Program-made: the position numbers and the translations under genes
Notes under the pieces: model-generated
What the model was told of the DNA's origin: nothing
Seen by the model: only the letters and a program-made list of their open reading frames with translations
The model's database searches: none
Source: Vicinamibacterales bacterium
GTDB lineage: Bacteria > Acidobacteriota > Vicinamibacteria > Vicinamibacterales > UBA2999
Assembly (NCBI GenBank): GCA_050250955.1
Contig: JBFWNR010000006.1
Coordinates: forward strand, 54,716-118,715
DNA: 64,000 nt
Reading direction: 5' to 3'
Shown: in pieces, positions 1-8,252 of the stretch
How positions within the stretch are numbered: the first letter of the stretch is position 1
How the letters are laid out: each line of letters opens with the position of its first letter

Positions 1-1
1 C

Positions 2-943
2 GCCGACCCGGTCCGCCCGCGGGTGTTCGTCCTGCGCAGCGAGGGCATCCGGACGGTGGCGCTCCCCGATGGCAGCAGCCGGCTGGTCGTGGCGGCCGGG
101 GCCACCCAGCCGTCCCTGTGCAGCTATGCGTTCTCCGCCGACGTGCTGTTCTGCGTCTGGACCCGCGGTGACGACCGGCTCGACCTGGTGGCGGTGTCCC
201 CGTCCACCGGTGCGACACACCTGCTGCTCGCCGCCGCGACGTCGGCGCTATGGCTCCCGTCGCTGTCGGCGACCCCCGACGGCGGCACGGTGTACTACGT
301 CGACCTCGCTCCTGGCGTCTTCGGGCCGGCATACCTGAAAGCGTTCGACGTGGCCTCGGGTACCAGCACGCCGATTCCCGGCTACACCGGCAGAATCCTG
401 TGGGACGACGCGCACGAGCGGGTCATCACCACCTCCGCACAGTACGCGCAGGTTACGACCCGCGAGGGTCGGTTCCTCGGCGCGGCGTTCATCGGCGGTC
501 GCTGCCACGACCTGGCGGTCAGCGCCCACACGGGCCGGCTCTATCTCGCGCGCGTCGACTACTACTACGGACCGGCGTGGGAGACGGTGTCGGTGTACGA
601 CGGATCGACCTACCGGGCACTGGCACCCGAGGTGGTGACGCCGTCATCCTCGACGTGTCCCGAACTGGCGGTGCTCACCGCGCCCGGCGCCCCCCGCGCG
701 CTGACCGCGCAGGTGTCGCCCTCGCTCCTGTCCCTGCACTGGACCAACGTCGGCGCGGCGTCGGGCTTCGTGCTGGAGGTGGGCTTCGCGCCGGGGCGGA
801 CCGACGTCTCGGTGTTCGTCGGCAGCTCGCCGAACGTCGCCTTCGCCGCTGTACCGCCGGGGATCTACTACGTCCGCGTGCGCGGCGGAAACGAGTTCGG
901 CGGCGGCCGGCCGTCGGACGAGATCCGGGTGGTCGTCCCGTAG
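2..943 (+). CDS. exported beta-propeller-like repeat protein with C-terminal FN3-like domain (5' end outside window)
   Basis: The frame is open from nt 2 to the TAG at 941-943. Third-position GC bias is strong. The C-terminal ~90 aa (LHWTNVGAASGFVLEVGFAPGRTD...GIYYVRVRGGNEFGGGRPSDEIRVVVP) matches the C-terminal module of the 18785-20095 product. Confidence 0.6.
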   Translation, partial: ADPVRPRVFVLRSEGIRTVALPDGSSRLVVAAGATQPSLCSYAFSADVLFCVWTRGDDRLDLVAVSPSTGATHLLLAAATSALWLPSLSATPDGGTVYYVDLAPGVFGPAYLKAFDVASGTSTPIPGYTGRILWDDAHERVITTSAQYAQVTTREGRFLGAAFIGGRCHDLAVSAHTGRLYLARVDYYYGPAWETVSVYDGSTYRALAPEVVTPSSSTCPELAVLTAPGAPRALTAQVSPSLLSLHWTNVGAASGFVLEVGFAPGRTDVSVFVGSSPNVAFAAVPPGIYYVRVRGGNEFGGGRPSDEIRVVVP

Positions 944-981
944 CTCGTCCCAGCACCGTCGCGGCCGCGTAGACTGCCGCG

Positions 982-1890
982 ATGTCGATCCATGTGCGGC
1001 TCGTGGCGGCGCTCGTTGCCGGTCTGTTCGTCGTCCCTGCCGGCGCCCAGAATCGATCGCGCGAGGACTGGATCTCGCTGGCCAAGAGCGGCTTTGCCGT
1101 GCCGCCCGGGCAGACCGCCGCCGGGCTGCTGGTCGAGATGAACCCGCTGTTGGCCTCGCCGGACCCGGTGCTGCGCGACGAGGTGGCCTACAGCGCCGCC
1201 GAGCGCTGGATCCTGCGCGACCAGCTCGTGCCGCCCGACGATCTGCGCCGCCTGCTGGCGCTGTGGTCGGCGAACCTGGACGTCGGGCTGGGCAACGCCG
1301 GCGACGACCGGGTGTTCGGCCGCTCGTTCTCGGCGCTGTGCCTGTCGCTCCTCGCCGCGCGCGACGTGTCGGCGCCGTTTCTCGGCCCCGACGAGTTCCG
1401 CCGCGTCCTCGATCGCCTGCTCGACTACTTCGTCCGCGAGCGCGACCTGCGCGGCTTCGACCCGACGCGTGGCTGGATGCACGCCCCCGCGCACACCGCC
1501 GACGCGTTGAAGTTCCTGGCCCGCTCGACCCATTTCACCGCCGCCGACCTGCCGCGATTGCTCGAGGCGGTACGGAGCCGGCTGGTGACCACCGACGCCG
1601 TCTTCGCCTGGGGCGAGAACGACCGCATCGCCTGGGCGCTTCATGCCGCGGTGCGCCGGCCCGACGCCGACGCGACCGCCATCGAGTCGTGGGCGGCGCG
1701 GTGGACCGAGGACCACCAGGCCTTGTGGGCGAATGGCCCCCTCGTCGATCCAGTCCGCTTCGCCCGCGTCGAGAACGCGAAGCAGGTGCTGCGCAGTCTG
1801 GTGGCGATCCTGTCGATGGAACAGACCCCGACGCCGACGGGCGAGTCCGCTCGCCGCGCGGCGGTGGCCGCGCTGGCGCGGATGCGGTAG
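982..1890 (+). CDS. DUF2785-like exported protein
   Basis: ATG at 982. The N-terminus is signal-like (LVAALVAGLFVVPAGAQ). The patterns LASPDPVLRDEVAY and RGWMHAPAHTADAL recall the DUF2785 family from memory. Confidence 0.7.
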   Translation: MSIHVRLVAALVAGLFVVPAGAQNRSREDWISLAKSGFAVPPGQTAAGLLVEMNPLLASPDPVLRDEVAYSAAERWILRDQLVPPDDLRRLLALWSANLDVGLGNAGDDRVFGRSFSALCLSLLAARDVSAPFLGPDEFRRVLDRLLDYFVRERDLRGFDPTRGWMHAPAHTADALKFLARSTHFTAADLPRLLEAVRSRLVTTDAVFAWGENDRIAWALHAAVRRPDADATAIESWAARWTEDHQALWANGPLVDPVRFARVENAKQVLRSLVAILSMEQTPTPTGESARRAAVAALARMR

Positions 1891-1898
1891 CGTGGGCC

Positions 1899-1926
1899 CG
1901 CGAGCCGCGAGCCGCGAGCCGCCAGG
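1899..1926. repeat. heptanucleotide tandem repeat (CGCGAGC)x3 + CGCCAGG
   Basis: Read directly from the sequence. It starts 9 nt after the TAG at 1888-1890. It is the reverse-complement relative of the GCGGCTR heptads at 50584 and 52462. Confidence 0.8.
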
Positions 1927-1932
1927 TATAAT
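1927..1932 (+). promoter_or_regulatory. candidate -10 box TATAAT for the RidA-like gene
   Basis: A perfect TATAAT lies 27 nt upstream of ATG 1959, with GGAGGG at 1946-1951 as RBS. No recognisable -35 is present, because that position falls inside the heptad repeat. Confidence 0.35.
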
Positions 1933-1958
1933 CCGCAGGTTTTCCTGGAGGGCACGTG

Positions 1959-2423
1959 ATGGGCCAACGACTCGGATTCCTCGTACTCGGTGCCGTGCTC
2001 GGCGCCGCCGCGGTGTATGGCACGGCGGCCACGGCGCAGATGCCGGCCAAGCGCGGCTTCAACGGCGTCGTCAAGCCGATCGGGCCCTACACCCCGGGCG
2101 TCGGCGTCGGCAGCGCCGTCTACCTGTCGGGCCAGATCGGGCTCGACCCGGCCAGCGGCCAGATGGTCGAGGGCGGCACGGAGGCGCAGGCGAAGCGGGT
2201 GATGGAGAACCTCGGCGCGGTCCTGAAGGAGGCCGGGCTCGGGTTCGGCGACGTCGTCAAGACCACCATCTACATGACCGACCTGGCCGAGTTCGCCAAG
2301 GTGAACGAGATCTACGGCACCTACTTCCCGGCCGGGGGCGTTCCGCCGGCCCGCTCGACGGTGCAGGTGGCGGCGCTGCCGCGCGGCGCGCGCATCGAGA
2401 TCGACTTCGTCGCTGCTCGCTGA
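1959..2423 (+). CDS. RidA/YjgF family reactive-intermediate deaminase with signal peptide
   Basis: GPYTPGV..AVYLSGQIGLDP..G......EAQAKRVMENLGAVLKEAG..FGDVVKTTIYMTDL..F..VNEIY..YF...PARSTVQVAALPRGARIEID is the classic RidA pattern. An RBS lies 8 nt upstream. Confidence 0.9.
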   Translation: MGQRLGFLVLGAVLGAAAVYGTAATAQMPAKRGFNGVVKPIGPYTPGVGVGSAVYLSGQIGLDPASGQMVEGGTEAQAKRVMENLGAVLKEAGLGFGDVVKTTIYMTDLAEFAKVNEIYGTYFPAGGVPPARSTVQVAALPRGARIEIDFVAAR

Positions 2424-2435
2424 GCGGAGAACGCC

Positions 2436-3158
2436 ATGGAGATGCCCAAGCCAGGCGAGGCCCACGCCCGCCTGCACAAGCTGGCCGGTCGCTGGACCGG
2501 CGAGGAGACCATGCATCCCGCGCCGTGGGACCCGGTTGGCGGCGTGGCCAGCGGCGATGTCGAGAACCGGATCGTCCTCGACGGATTCGTGGTGGTCCAG
2601 GAGTATCAGCAGACCCGGGGAGGCGTGGCCAACTTCGCCGGCCACGGGCTGTTCTGGTGGGACAGCGGCGCCGCCGAGTACGTGATGACCTGGATCGACT
2701 CGATGCTCGGCATGCCGGCCGAGTATCGCGGCGACTTCGACGGCGAGGTCCTGCGGCTGCTGAACGCGCTGCCCGATGGCGGCTACGCCCGCGCCTCGTT
2801 CGACCTGAGCGCGCCGGACGGTTACGTGTTCCTGATGGAGATGTCGCCCGACGGCCGCGCGTGGGCGCCGGCCATCGAAGGTCGCTATACCCGTCGAGCC
2901 GAGGCCGCACCGGCCCGGCCGGCCACAGCCGCCAAGGCCGCCAAGTCGGCCAAGGCTGTCAGGGCCACGAAGGCCACGAAGGCCGCGAAGGCCGCCAAGG
3001 CGGCCAAGGCGGCGCGGGCGGGCAAGCGCACCAAGACGGCAGGCGTCGCGGCCAAGGGGCGCACTCGCGCCAAGGCTGCCGGGCCTCGTCGTCCGGCCCG
3101 GGTGCCGGCGTCGCGGCGTTCGGCCGAACGCGGCCGTCGCGGTGGCCGCCGGCGGTAG
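2436..3158 (+). CDS. DUF1579-like domain protein with Lys/Ala-rich histone-H1-like C-terminal tail
   Basis: ATG at 2436. The N-terminal ~150 aa (HARLHKLAGRWTGEETM...FVVVQEY...) resemble DUF1579. The C-terminal ~85 aa are AKAAKSAKAVRATKATKAAKAAKAAKAARAGKRTK...RGRRGGRRR. Confidence 0.75.
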   Translation: MEMPKPGEAHARLHKLAGRWTGEETMHPAPWDPVGGVASGDVENRIVLDGFVVVQEYQQTRGGVANFAGHGLFWWDSGAAEYVMTWIDSMLGMPAEYRGDFDGEVLRLLNALPDGGYARASFDLSAPDGYVFLMEMSPDGRAWAPAIEGRYTRRAEAAPARPATAAKAAKSAKAVRATKATKAAKAAKAAKAARAGKRTKTAGVAAKGRTRAKAAGPRRPARVPASRRSAERGRRGGRRR

Positions 3159-3198
3159 CAGAGACGAGTCCGGCCGACCCGGCCGGCAAGGAGGAGCG

Positions 3199-3576
3199 AT
3201 GACGGTGGTGAAGACGATCGGCGTGTTCGTCGTGGGGATCGGGCTCGGTGTCGGGGCGACGCTCGGCGCCCAGACGGCGCAGAGCGCCACCCGCCGCGAG
3301 CCGCAGTTCGAGAACGCGCACGTGCGGGTCTGGAAGAGCATCATCCAGCCGAAGCAGCCGCTGACGATGCACCGCCACGAGCACGGCCGGGCGCTCATCG
3401 CCCTCAAGGGCGGCACCATCGACATCGTCCAGAAGAGCGGCGAGTCGAAGGCCCACCTGTGGGAGACCGGCAAGGCCTACTGGCTCGACAAGGACATCCC
3501 GAACACCGAACACGCCGACGTCAACAACGGCCGCGAGCCGATCGAGGTGATCGTCGTCGAGCTGAAGAACGACTGA
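3199..3576 (+). CDS. small exported cupin-fold protein
   Basis: ATG at 3199 is preceded by AAGGAGGAG. A signal/TM segment is followed by the beta-rich motif HRHEHGRALIALKGGTIDIV...WLD typical of cupins. Confidence 0.75.
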   Translation: MTVVKTIGVFVVGIGLGVGATLGAQTAQSATRREPQFENAHVRVWKSIIQPKQPLTMHRHEHGRALIALKGGTIDIVQKSGESKAHLWETGKAYWLDKDIPNTEHADVNNGREPIEVIVVELKND

Positions 3577-3581
3577 CGGCC

Positions 3582-3628
3582 GGCCGCGGGCGTGGGACGA
3601 GACGATGCCAGCCGTCCGCCCCGCGGCC
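3582..3628. terminator. candidate bidirectional hairpin between convergent genes
   Basis: GGCCGCGGGCG (3582-3592) pairs with CGCCCCGCGGCC (3617-3628), with one extra C. It sits between the stops at 3576 (+) and 3644 (-). There is no U-tract. Confidence 0.25.
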
Positions 3629-3643
3629 CGCGCCGTGCCCGCC

Positions 3644-4135
3644 CTAGTTCGGCATCAACACCGTGTCGATCACGTGGATGACGCCGTTGGACGCGGCGAC
3701 GTCCGCCGTGGCGACGTGGGCGTCGTCGATCATCACCGTGCCGCCCATCGCCGACACCTTCACGGCGCCGCCCTGCACGGTCGTGGCCGCGGTCAGCTTG
3801 GTCACGTCGGCGGCCATCACCTTGCCGCGGACGACGTGGTAGGTGAGGATGGCGGTGAGCTTGGCCTTGTTCTCAGGCTTCAGCAGGTCCTCGACGGTGC
3901 CCTTGGGCAGCTTGGCGAACGCGGCGTCGGTCGGGGCGAACACCGTGAACGGCCCGGCGCCCTTCAACGTCTCGACCAGGCCGGCGGCCTTGAGCGCGGC
4001 CGCCAAGGTGTTGAACTGACCCGCGGCCACCGCGGTGTCGACGATGTCCTGGCCCTGCGCCGCGGCCGGCGACGGGCTGACGAACGAAATGGCGGCGATC
4101 GCGGCGCCGAGCATCAGAGTCTTGAAAGCGGTCAT
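3644..4135 (-). CDS. fasciclin (FAS1) domain protein, exported
   Basis: The internal ATG at 4135 gives a 163-aa protein. It has a signal peptide and the pattern [36 protein letters not shown]...LTYHVV...[11 protein letters not shown], the canonical FAS1 motifs. The upstream part of the 394-aa ORF is Arg/Gly-rich junk. Confidence 0.9.
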   Translation of the reverse strand: MTAFKTLMLGAAIAAISFVSPSPAAAQGQDIVDTAVAAGQFNTLAAALKAAGLVETLKGAGPFTVFAPTDAAFAKLPKGTVEDLLKPENKAKLTAILTYHVVRGKVMAADVTKLTAATTVQGGAVKVSAMGGTVMIDDAHVATADVAASNGVIHVIDTVLMPN

Positions 4136-4257
4136 GGTTGTCGGTCTCCTCGACGCCTCGGCGCCCCTGCGCCGGCCCGCGTGGTCGCGGGGTGGATGGG
4201 CGTCATCGGGTAGGACGGCGCGATCGCGCGGCGCGGTGCGGCCGACGGCGAGGTCGT

Positions 4258-4286
4258 TTGACTGCCACGTCCTGAGACGATAATTT
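4258..4286 (+). promoter_or_regulatory. candidate sigma70-type promoter TTGACT-17-TAATTT
   Basis: TTGACT at 4258-4263, a 17-nt spacer, then TAATTT at 4281-4286. The predicted start site falls at or beside the TTG (4289) or GTG (4295) start of the regulator. Confidence 0.35.
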
Positions 4287-4288
4287 CT

Positions 4289-4885
4289 TTGCCTGTGAAG
4301 AAAACCCTGTCGCCGACCATCGCCGACGGGCTGGCCGGCTACGCCATCGGCGACCGTCTGCGGGCGTTGCGGCTGCGTCGCAAGCTCGGCCTGGTCGAGC
4401 TCGGCCGTCATACCGGGTTGTCGCCGGCGCTGCTCTCGAAGCTCGAACGCGGCCGGATGTTTCCCACGTTGCCGACGCTGCTGCGCATCGCGCTGGTGTT
4501 CGGCGTCGGCCTCGACCACTTCTTCGCTGCCGCGGCGCCACGCCGCGCCGTCGGGGTGGTGCGCGCCGCCGAGCGGCGGCGATTCGTCGAGCGGCTCGGC
4601 GGCAGCCGGCCGGTGTGGGAGTTCGAGTGCCTCGACTTCACGGCCACCGAGCGCCGGCTCAACGCCTACCGGGTGCGGTTCGTCGCCGCCGGACGCCCCC
4701 GGCTGCACGATCACGCCGGGGCCGAGTTCCTCCATCTGCTGACCGGCGGGTTGGCCGTCGTGGTGGCCGGCGACGAGCATCGCCTCGCCGCCGGTGATTC
4801 GATCTACTTCGATGCCAGCCAGGCGCACGGCTACCAGCGGCTCAGCCGCGGACCGGCGACCGCGCTGGTCGTCACCGTGCCGTAG
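4289..4885 (+). CDS. XRE-family HTH transcriptional regulator with C-terminal cupin domain
   Basis: [35 protein letters not shown]...[14 protein letters not shown] is an HTH_3 motif. The C-terminal [11 protein letters not shown]......GD..Y is cupin-like. The gene is divergent from the fasciclin gene. Confidence 0.85.
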   Translation: MPVKKTLSPTIADGLAGYAIGDRLRALRLRRKLGLVELGRHTGLSPALLSKLERGRMFPTLPTLLRIALVFGVGLDHFFAAAAPRRAVGVVRAAERRRFVERLGGSRPVWEFECLDFTATERRLNAYRVRFVAAGRPRLHDHAGAEFLHLLTGGLAVVVAGDEHRLAAGDSIYFDASQAHGYQRLSRGPATALVVTVP

Positions 4886-4888
4886 GGA

Positions 4889-6562
4889 TCACGGCGTGGC
4901 GGGCTGCAGGCGCTCCCCGCCGCGGGCCGTGCACGCCCAGATCCCGTCCCGGACCTCGCAGCCGACGCCGTCACCGAGCAGCCCGGCCAGATGCTCGGCC
5001 GTGGCCGCCGTCACCAGGTAGACGCGGCCGCTCTCGAGCCGTCCAGCCTGGATGTCGGCGTCGAGGGCCGCGCAGTAGCGGCGGCGGGCGCCGTCGTCGC
5101 CGCGGGCGATGACGCCGACGTTCACGGTCATCCCCAGGTCGGCAGCCAGGCGCAGCACCGGCTCGTAGGGCAGGAAGGCATCGCCGCATTGCGGCGGCGG
5201 CACCAGCACGAGGTGGCGATGGACACCCGCCGACGCCCACTCCGCCGACGCGAAGCGGCGAGGCCACTCCTGGAACGCCGGATCACGGGCCGTGGCCCGC
5301 CGTGCGGCGTGCGCCGGGGCGAGGTCGTAGAACTGGACGGCCACGGCGGCGGTCAGCAGCAGCCCGGCCGCGACCGGGCGCGTGCGCCGGATCACGGTCG
5401 TCACCGCCCACAGCACCAGGAGATAGGTGAGCGGCCAGAAGAACCGGCCCGACGACCGGAACGCCGCCAGCGGCGCGAACCACGGGCCGTTGACGTCGAC
5501 GAGCACCCTGGCGCCCAGCGTGACGACCGGACTCACCGCGAACACGGTCATGAGCAGCGCCGTCACCGTCACCGCCGGCCCGACCAGCCGTGGCGCGGCC
5601 GGCTGACGGCGCCGCGCGAGCACCGCCGCGATCACGACCAGCGCGAGCAGGCCGAGGCCGAGGTAGTGAAAGCCCTCATAGACCTGGCCGTCGCCGGCGA
5701 CCGGCACCGCGGGCAGCAGCCGCGACCAGCCGCCGGGCGTCACCGGCGCCAGCAGGTTCATCGAGTAGTAGCCGAGCCCACCCGCGCCGAGCGACCCGTC
5801 GCCGTCGAGGACGAACAACCCCGACAGCCACCAGCCGGCCACCGTGGCGGCCAGGGCCGCTGCCGGGGCGGCGATGCGGCGGCGTGGCGGCGCGCCGCGG
5901 CTGTCGACGGCGATCGCCAGCAGCAGCGGCAGCGCCATCGCCGCCAGGTACGGCTGGATGAGACCGGCGCACAGGCCCAGCCCGGCCCACTCCGCCGGCT
6001 GCAGCCGCTGGTCGGCGCGCCGCGTGGCGACGAGGAGCGCCCACAGGATCAGCCAGTGCGAGCAGAGCGCGGCGTGGCCGACCCGCGCCAGCAGCGTCGG
6101 TACCAGCACGAACAGCAGGCCGCCGAGCACCTGCAGCCCCACCGTCGTGGTGGCCCGTCCGACCAGCCGGGCGCCGAGCGCGCCCTGGAGCGTGAAGCAC
6201 AGCAGCCACCACGCGCCGATGTACTGTACGTACGCCGGCAGCAGCGCCGACCACGGCTTGAGCAGGTAGGCGGCGAGCGGGATGGCGTCGGTGAGCCCGA
6301 TCGACGATCCGAGCGGGGCGTAGTAGCCGGTGATCGTGCCGGGCGGCCAGTGCCACGGCTCGTGACGAAAGTAGTGCCAGCCGAAATAGTGCGGCACCCA
6401 GTCGAGCTTCATCAGCCACTCGACGTTGCGGGGATCGACGAGCGCCCACCCGGCCATCCAGCTGAGGAACGCCGCACCGCAGGCGCCGCCGCCGAGCGTG
6501 CCGGCCCAGGCGGCCGGCGTCGAAGCTCGCATCACGATGACGGGACCGCCAGGATACCGCAC
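4889..6562 (-). CDS. polytopic membrane protein (DUF6311-like, GT-C-like topology)
   Basis: It has more than 10 hydrophobic segments. The N-terminal motif is WVPHYFGWHYFRHEPWHWPPG...GLTDAIPL. The start may instead be ATG 6532 (MRASTP). Confidence 0.75.
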   Translation of the reverse strand: MRYPGGPVIVMRASTPAAWAGTLGGGACGAAFLSWMAGWALVDPRNVEWLMKLDWVPHYFGWHYFRHEPWHWPPGTITGYYAPLGSSIGLTDAIPLAAYLLKPWSALLPAYVQYIGAWWLLCFTLQGALGARLVGRATTTVGLQVLGGLLFVLVPTLLARVGHAALCSHWLILWALLVATRRADQRLQPAEWAGLGLCAGLIQPYLAAMALPLLLAIAVDSRGAPPRRRIAAPAAALAATVAGWWLSGLFVLDGDGSLGAGGLGYYSMNLLAPVTPGGWSRLLPAVPVAGDGQVYEGFHYLGLGLLALVVIAAVLARRRQPAAPRLVGPAVTVTALLMTVFAVSPVVTLGARVLVDVNGPWFAPLAAFRSSGRFFWPLTYLLVLWAVTTVIRRTRPVAAGLLLTAAVAVQFYDLAPAHAARRATARDPAFQEWPRRFASAEWASAGVHRHLVLVPPPQCGDAFLPYEPVLRLAADLGMTVNVGVIARGDDGARRRYCAALDADIQAGRLESGRVYLVTAATAEHLAGLLGDGVGCEVRDGIWACTARGGERLQPATP

Positions 6563-6609
6563 CGACCGTGATAGTCTCAGACCGCCGCGCCTCCCCAGCC
6601 CGGTACAAC

Positions 6610-7647
6610 ATGGTGGCTGACGCCTTTCAGCACGACTGGGATCCGCGCCTCACCGATCTGATGGCCGCCGACGACGCGCGTGCGGCCGAGCGCATCGCCT
6701 CGTTCGCGGTCCGCAACATCGAGCCCGCGGTGCGGACGGCGACGATGGCGCACCTGGGGAACCTGCCTGCGGCCGATCGCGCCGACGTCGCCTCGGCGAT
6801 CCGCGACAAGCTGCTCGGCCTGCTGCGGGCCGTCCACCGCGGCGACCGCACCGTCCCGGTGCCCGACCTCGACGGCTTCGCCGCCGCCTGTGCCGACGAC
6901 GCCTGCCGCGACTACCTGCGGCGCACCCGCCCGATGCGCGCCCGGCTGATCAACCGGCTGCGCCTGCTCTGCACCCGCGGCACCGGCGTGGTGATGTGGC
7001 GCACGCCCGAGGGCGAGCTGGTCGCCGGGCTGCCGTCGTGGACCCATCGCGATCCGCTGCCGCAGCCGTTTCCCTGGCGCGATCAGCCCAAGGCGTGGTG
7101 GGGCAACGCCCACGCCGCCGCCGATGGCTCGGCGCTGCTGCCGACGGTGCTCCGGGTGCTCGACAAGGCCTCGGCGCCGGTGCCGATGGATGCGCTGGCC
7201 GACCTGCTGGTGGCGCTCACGGGCCTGCTCGACGCCGAAAGCCGCCTCGACGCCAGCCCGGAGGGCGACGAGCCCGAGCTGGCGATCCTCGCCCCCGGTG
7301 CCGACAGCGATCATCTGCACATCGCCCGCCGCTACCTGGACCAGGCGTGGCGGCTGTGCCTGGAGATGCCCCGCTACATGCGCACGGCGGTGCTGCTCAG
7401 CCTGCGCGACCAGTTCGGCGCCGGCCTGCTGCCGGTGTTCCACGCCGCCGGGGTGACGCCGCTGCGCCAGGTCAGCGACGCGCTCGGCATGAAGCCCGAC
7501 GAACTGGCCGCCATCTGGGCCCACCTGCCCTGGGACGATCGCGCCATCGGCCGCCGGCTGGGCATCAGCGGCGTCCAGGTGCTCAACCTGCGCACCGCGG
7601 CGCGCTCGCGCCTGCTGCGCGGCCTGGCCCTGAAGGACGAGCGGTGA
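6610..7647 (+). CDS. atypically long ECF-like sigma factor candidate
   Basis: A region-2-like segment (ADRADVASAIRDKLLGLL...FAAACADDACRDYLRRTRP) and a region-4 HTH-like segment (DDRAIGRRLGISGVQVLNLRTAARSRLLRGL) are separated by ~170 aa. Its stop overlaps the start of an anti-sigma gene. Confidence 0.5.
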   Translation: MVADAFQHDWDPRLTDLMAADDARAAERIASFAVRNIEPAVRTATMAHLGNLPAADRADVASAIRDKLLGLLRAVHRGDRTVPVPDLDGFAAACADDACRDYLRRTRPMRARLINRLRLLCTRGTGVVMWRTPEGELVAGLPSWTHRDPLPQPFPWRDQPKAWWGNAHAAADGSALLPTVLRVLDKASAPVPMDALADLLVALTGLLDAESRLDASPEGDEPELAILAPGADSDHLHIARRYLDQAWRLCLEMPRYMRTAVLLSLRDQFGAGLLPVFHAAGVTPLRQVSDALGMKPDELAAIWAHLPWDDRAIGRRLGISGVQVLNLRTAARSRLLRGLALKDER

Positions 7648-8219
7648 TGACCACCACCGAGCATCTCTCGCTCGTCCAGGTGCGCGCCTACGTCCGCGGC
7701 GCCCTGCACCCGTCCACCCTGGTCACCATCGACGACCACCTCGAGAGCTGCGCGGCCTGCCGGGCGGCGCTGGCCCGCGAGTCCGACGCGTCGTTCGGTG
7801 CCGAGGCGTTCGGCCGGGCGCTGGCCACCCCCGACGCCCGCCCCGAGAGCCCCCATCTGACCTTCGAACACCTGCGCGGGGCCGTGGACGGCACCCTGGG
7901 CGCGGTCGACGCCGAGTGGGTGGACGCCCACACCGCGCTGTGCATGATGTGCGCCGAGGAGCTGCGCGACCTGCAGCGCTACGCGCCGTTCGTGCCGATC
8001 AAGGTCACCGGCCTGGGGCCGGCCGACGCCGCGTCGCCGACCGTCGAGTTCCAGCCGCCCCCGCCGCCGCCGGTGCGCCGTCGCCTCGAGGAGATCGTCG
8101 ACGCCAGCCCCGATCCGCCGCCGGCCTACGGCGCCAGGCCGCCGGAGCGCATTCCGCGCTGGATCCCGATCGCCATCGGCCTGTCGCTGCTGATGGTGGC
8201 CCAGATGTGGGCCTGCTGA
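7647..8219 (+). CDS. anti-sigma factor with two H-x3-C-x2-C (ZAS) motifs and a C-terminal membrane anchor
   Basis: ATG 7647 overlaps the TGA at 7645-7647. The two motifs are HLESCAAC and HTALCMMC. A Pro-rich linker follows. A single TM (WIPIAIGLSLLMVAQMWAC) ends the protein. Confidence 0.8.
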   Translation: MTTTEHLSLVQVRAYVRGALHPSTLVTIDDHLESCAACRAALARESDASFGAEAFGRALATPDARPESPHLTFEHLRGAVDGTLGAVDAEWVDAHTALCMMCAEELRDLQRYAPFVPIKVTGLGPADAASPTVEFQPPPPPPVRRRLEEIVDASPDPPPAYGARPPERIPRWIPIAIGLSLLMVAQMWAC

Positions 8220-8252
8220 CCGGCCGGCCGGTCACCCCGGGGCCGCTCGCGG

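Noticed and set aside
2925-3060. Short-period DNA repeats (AAGGCCGCC-like) that could be mistaken for a non-coding repeat array.
   Set aside because: They are in frame within the 2436-3158 CDS and encode the Lys/Ala-rich tail. The period is 9 nt and there are no spacers, so this is not a CRISPR array or an intergenic repeat.
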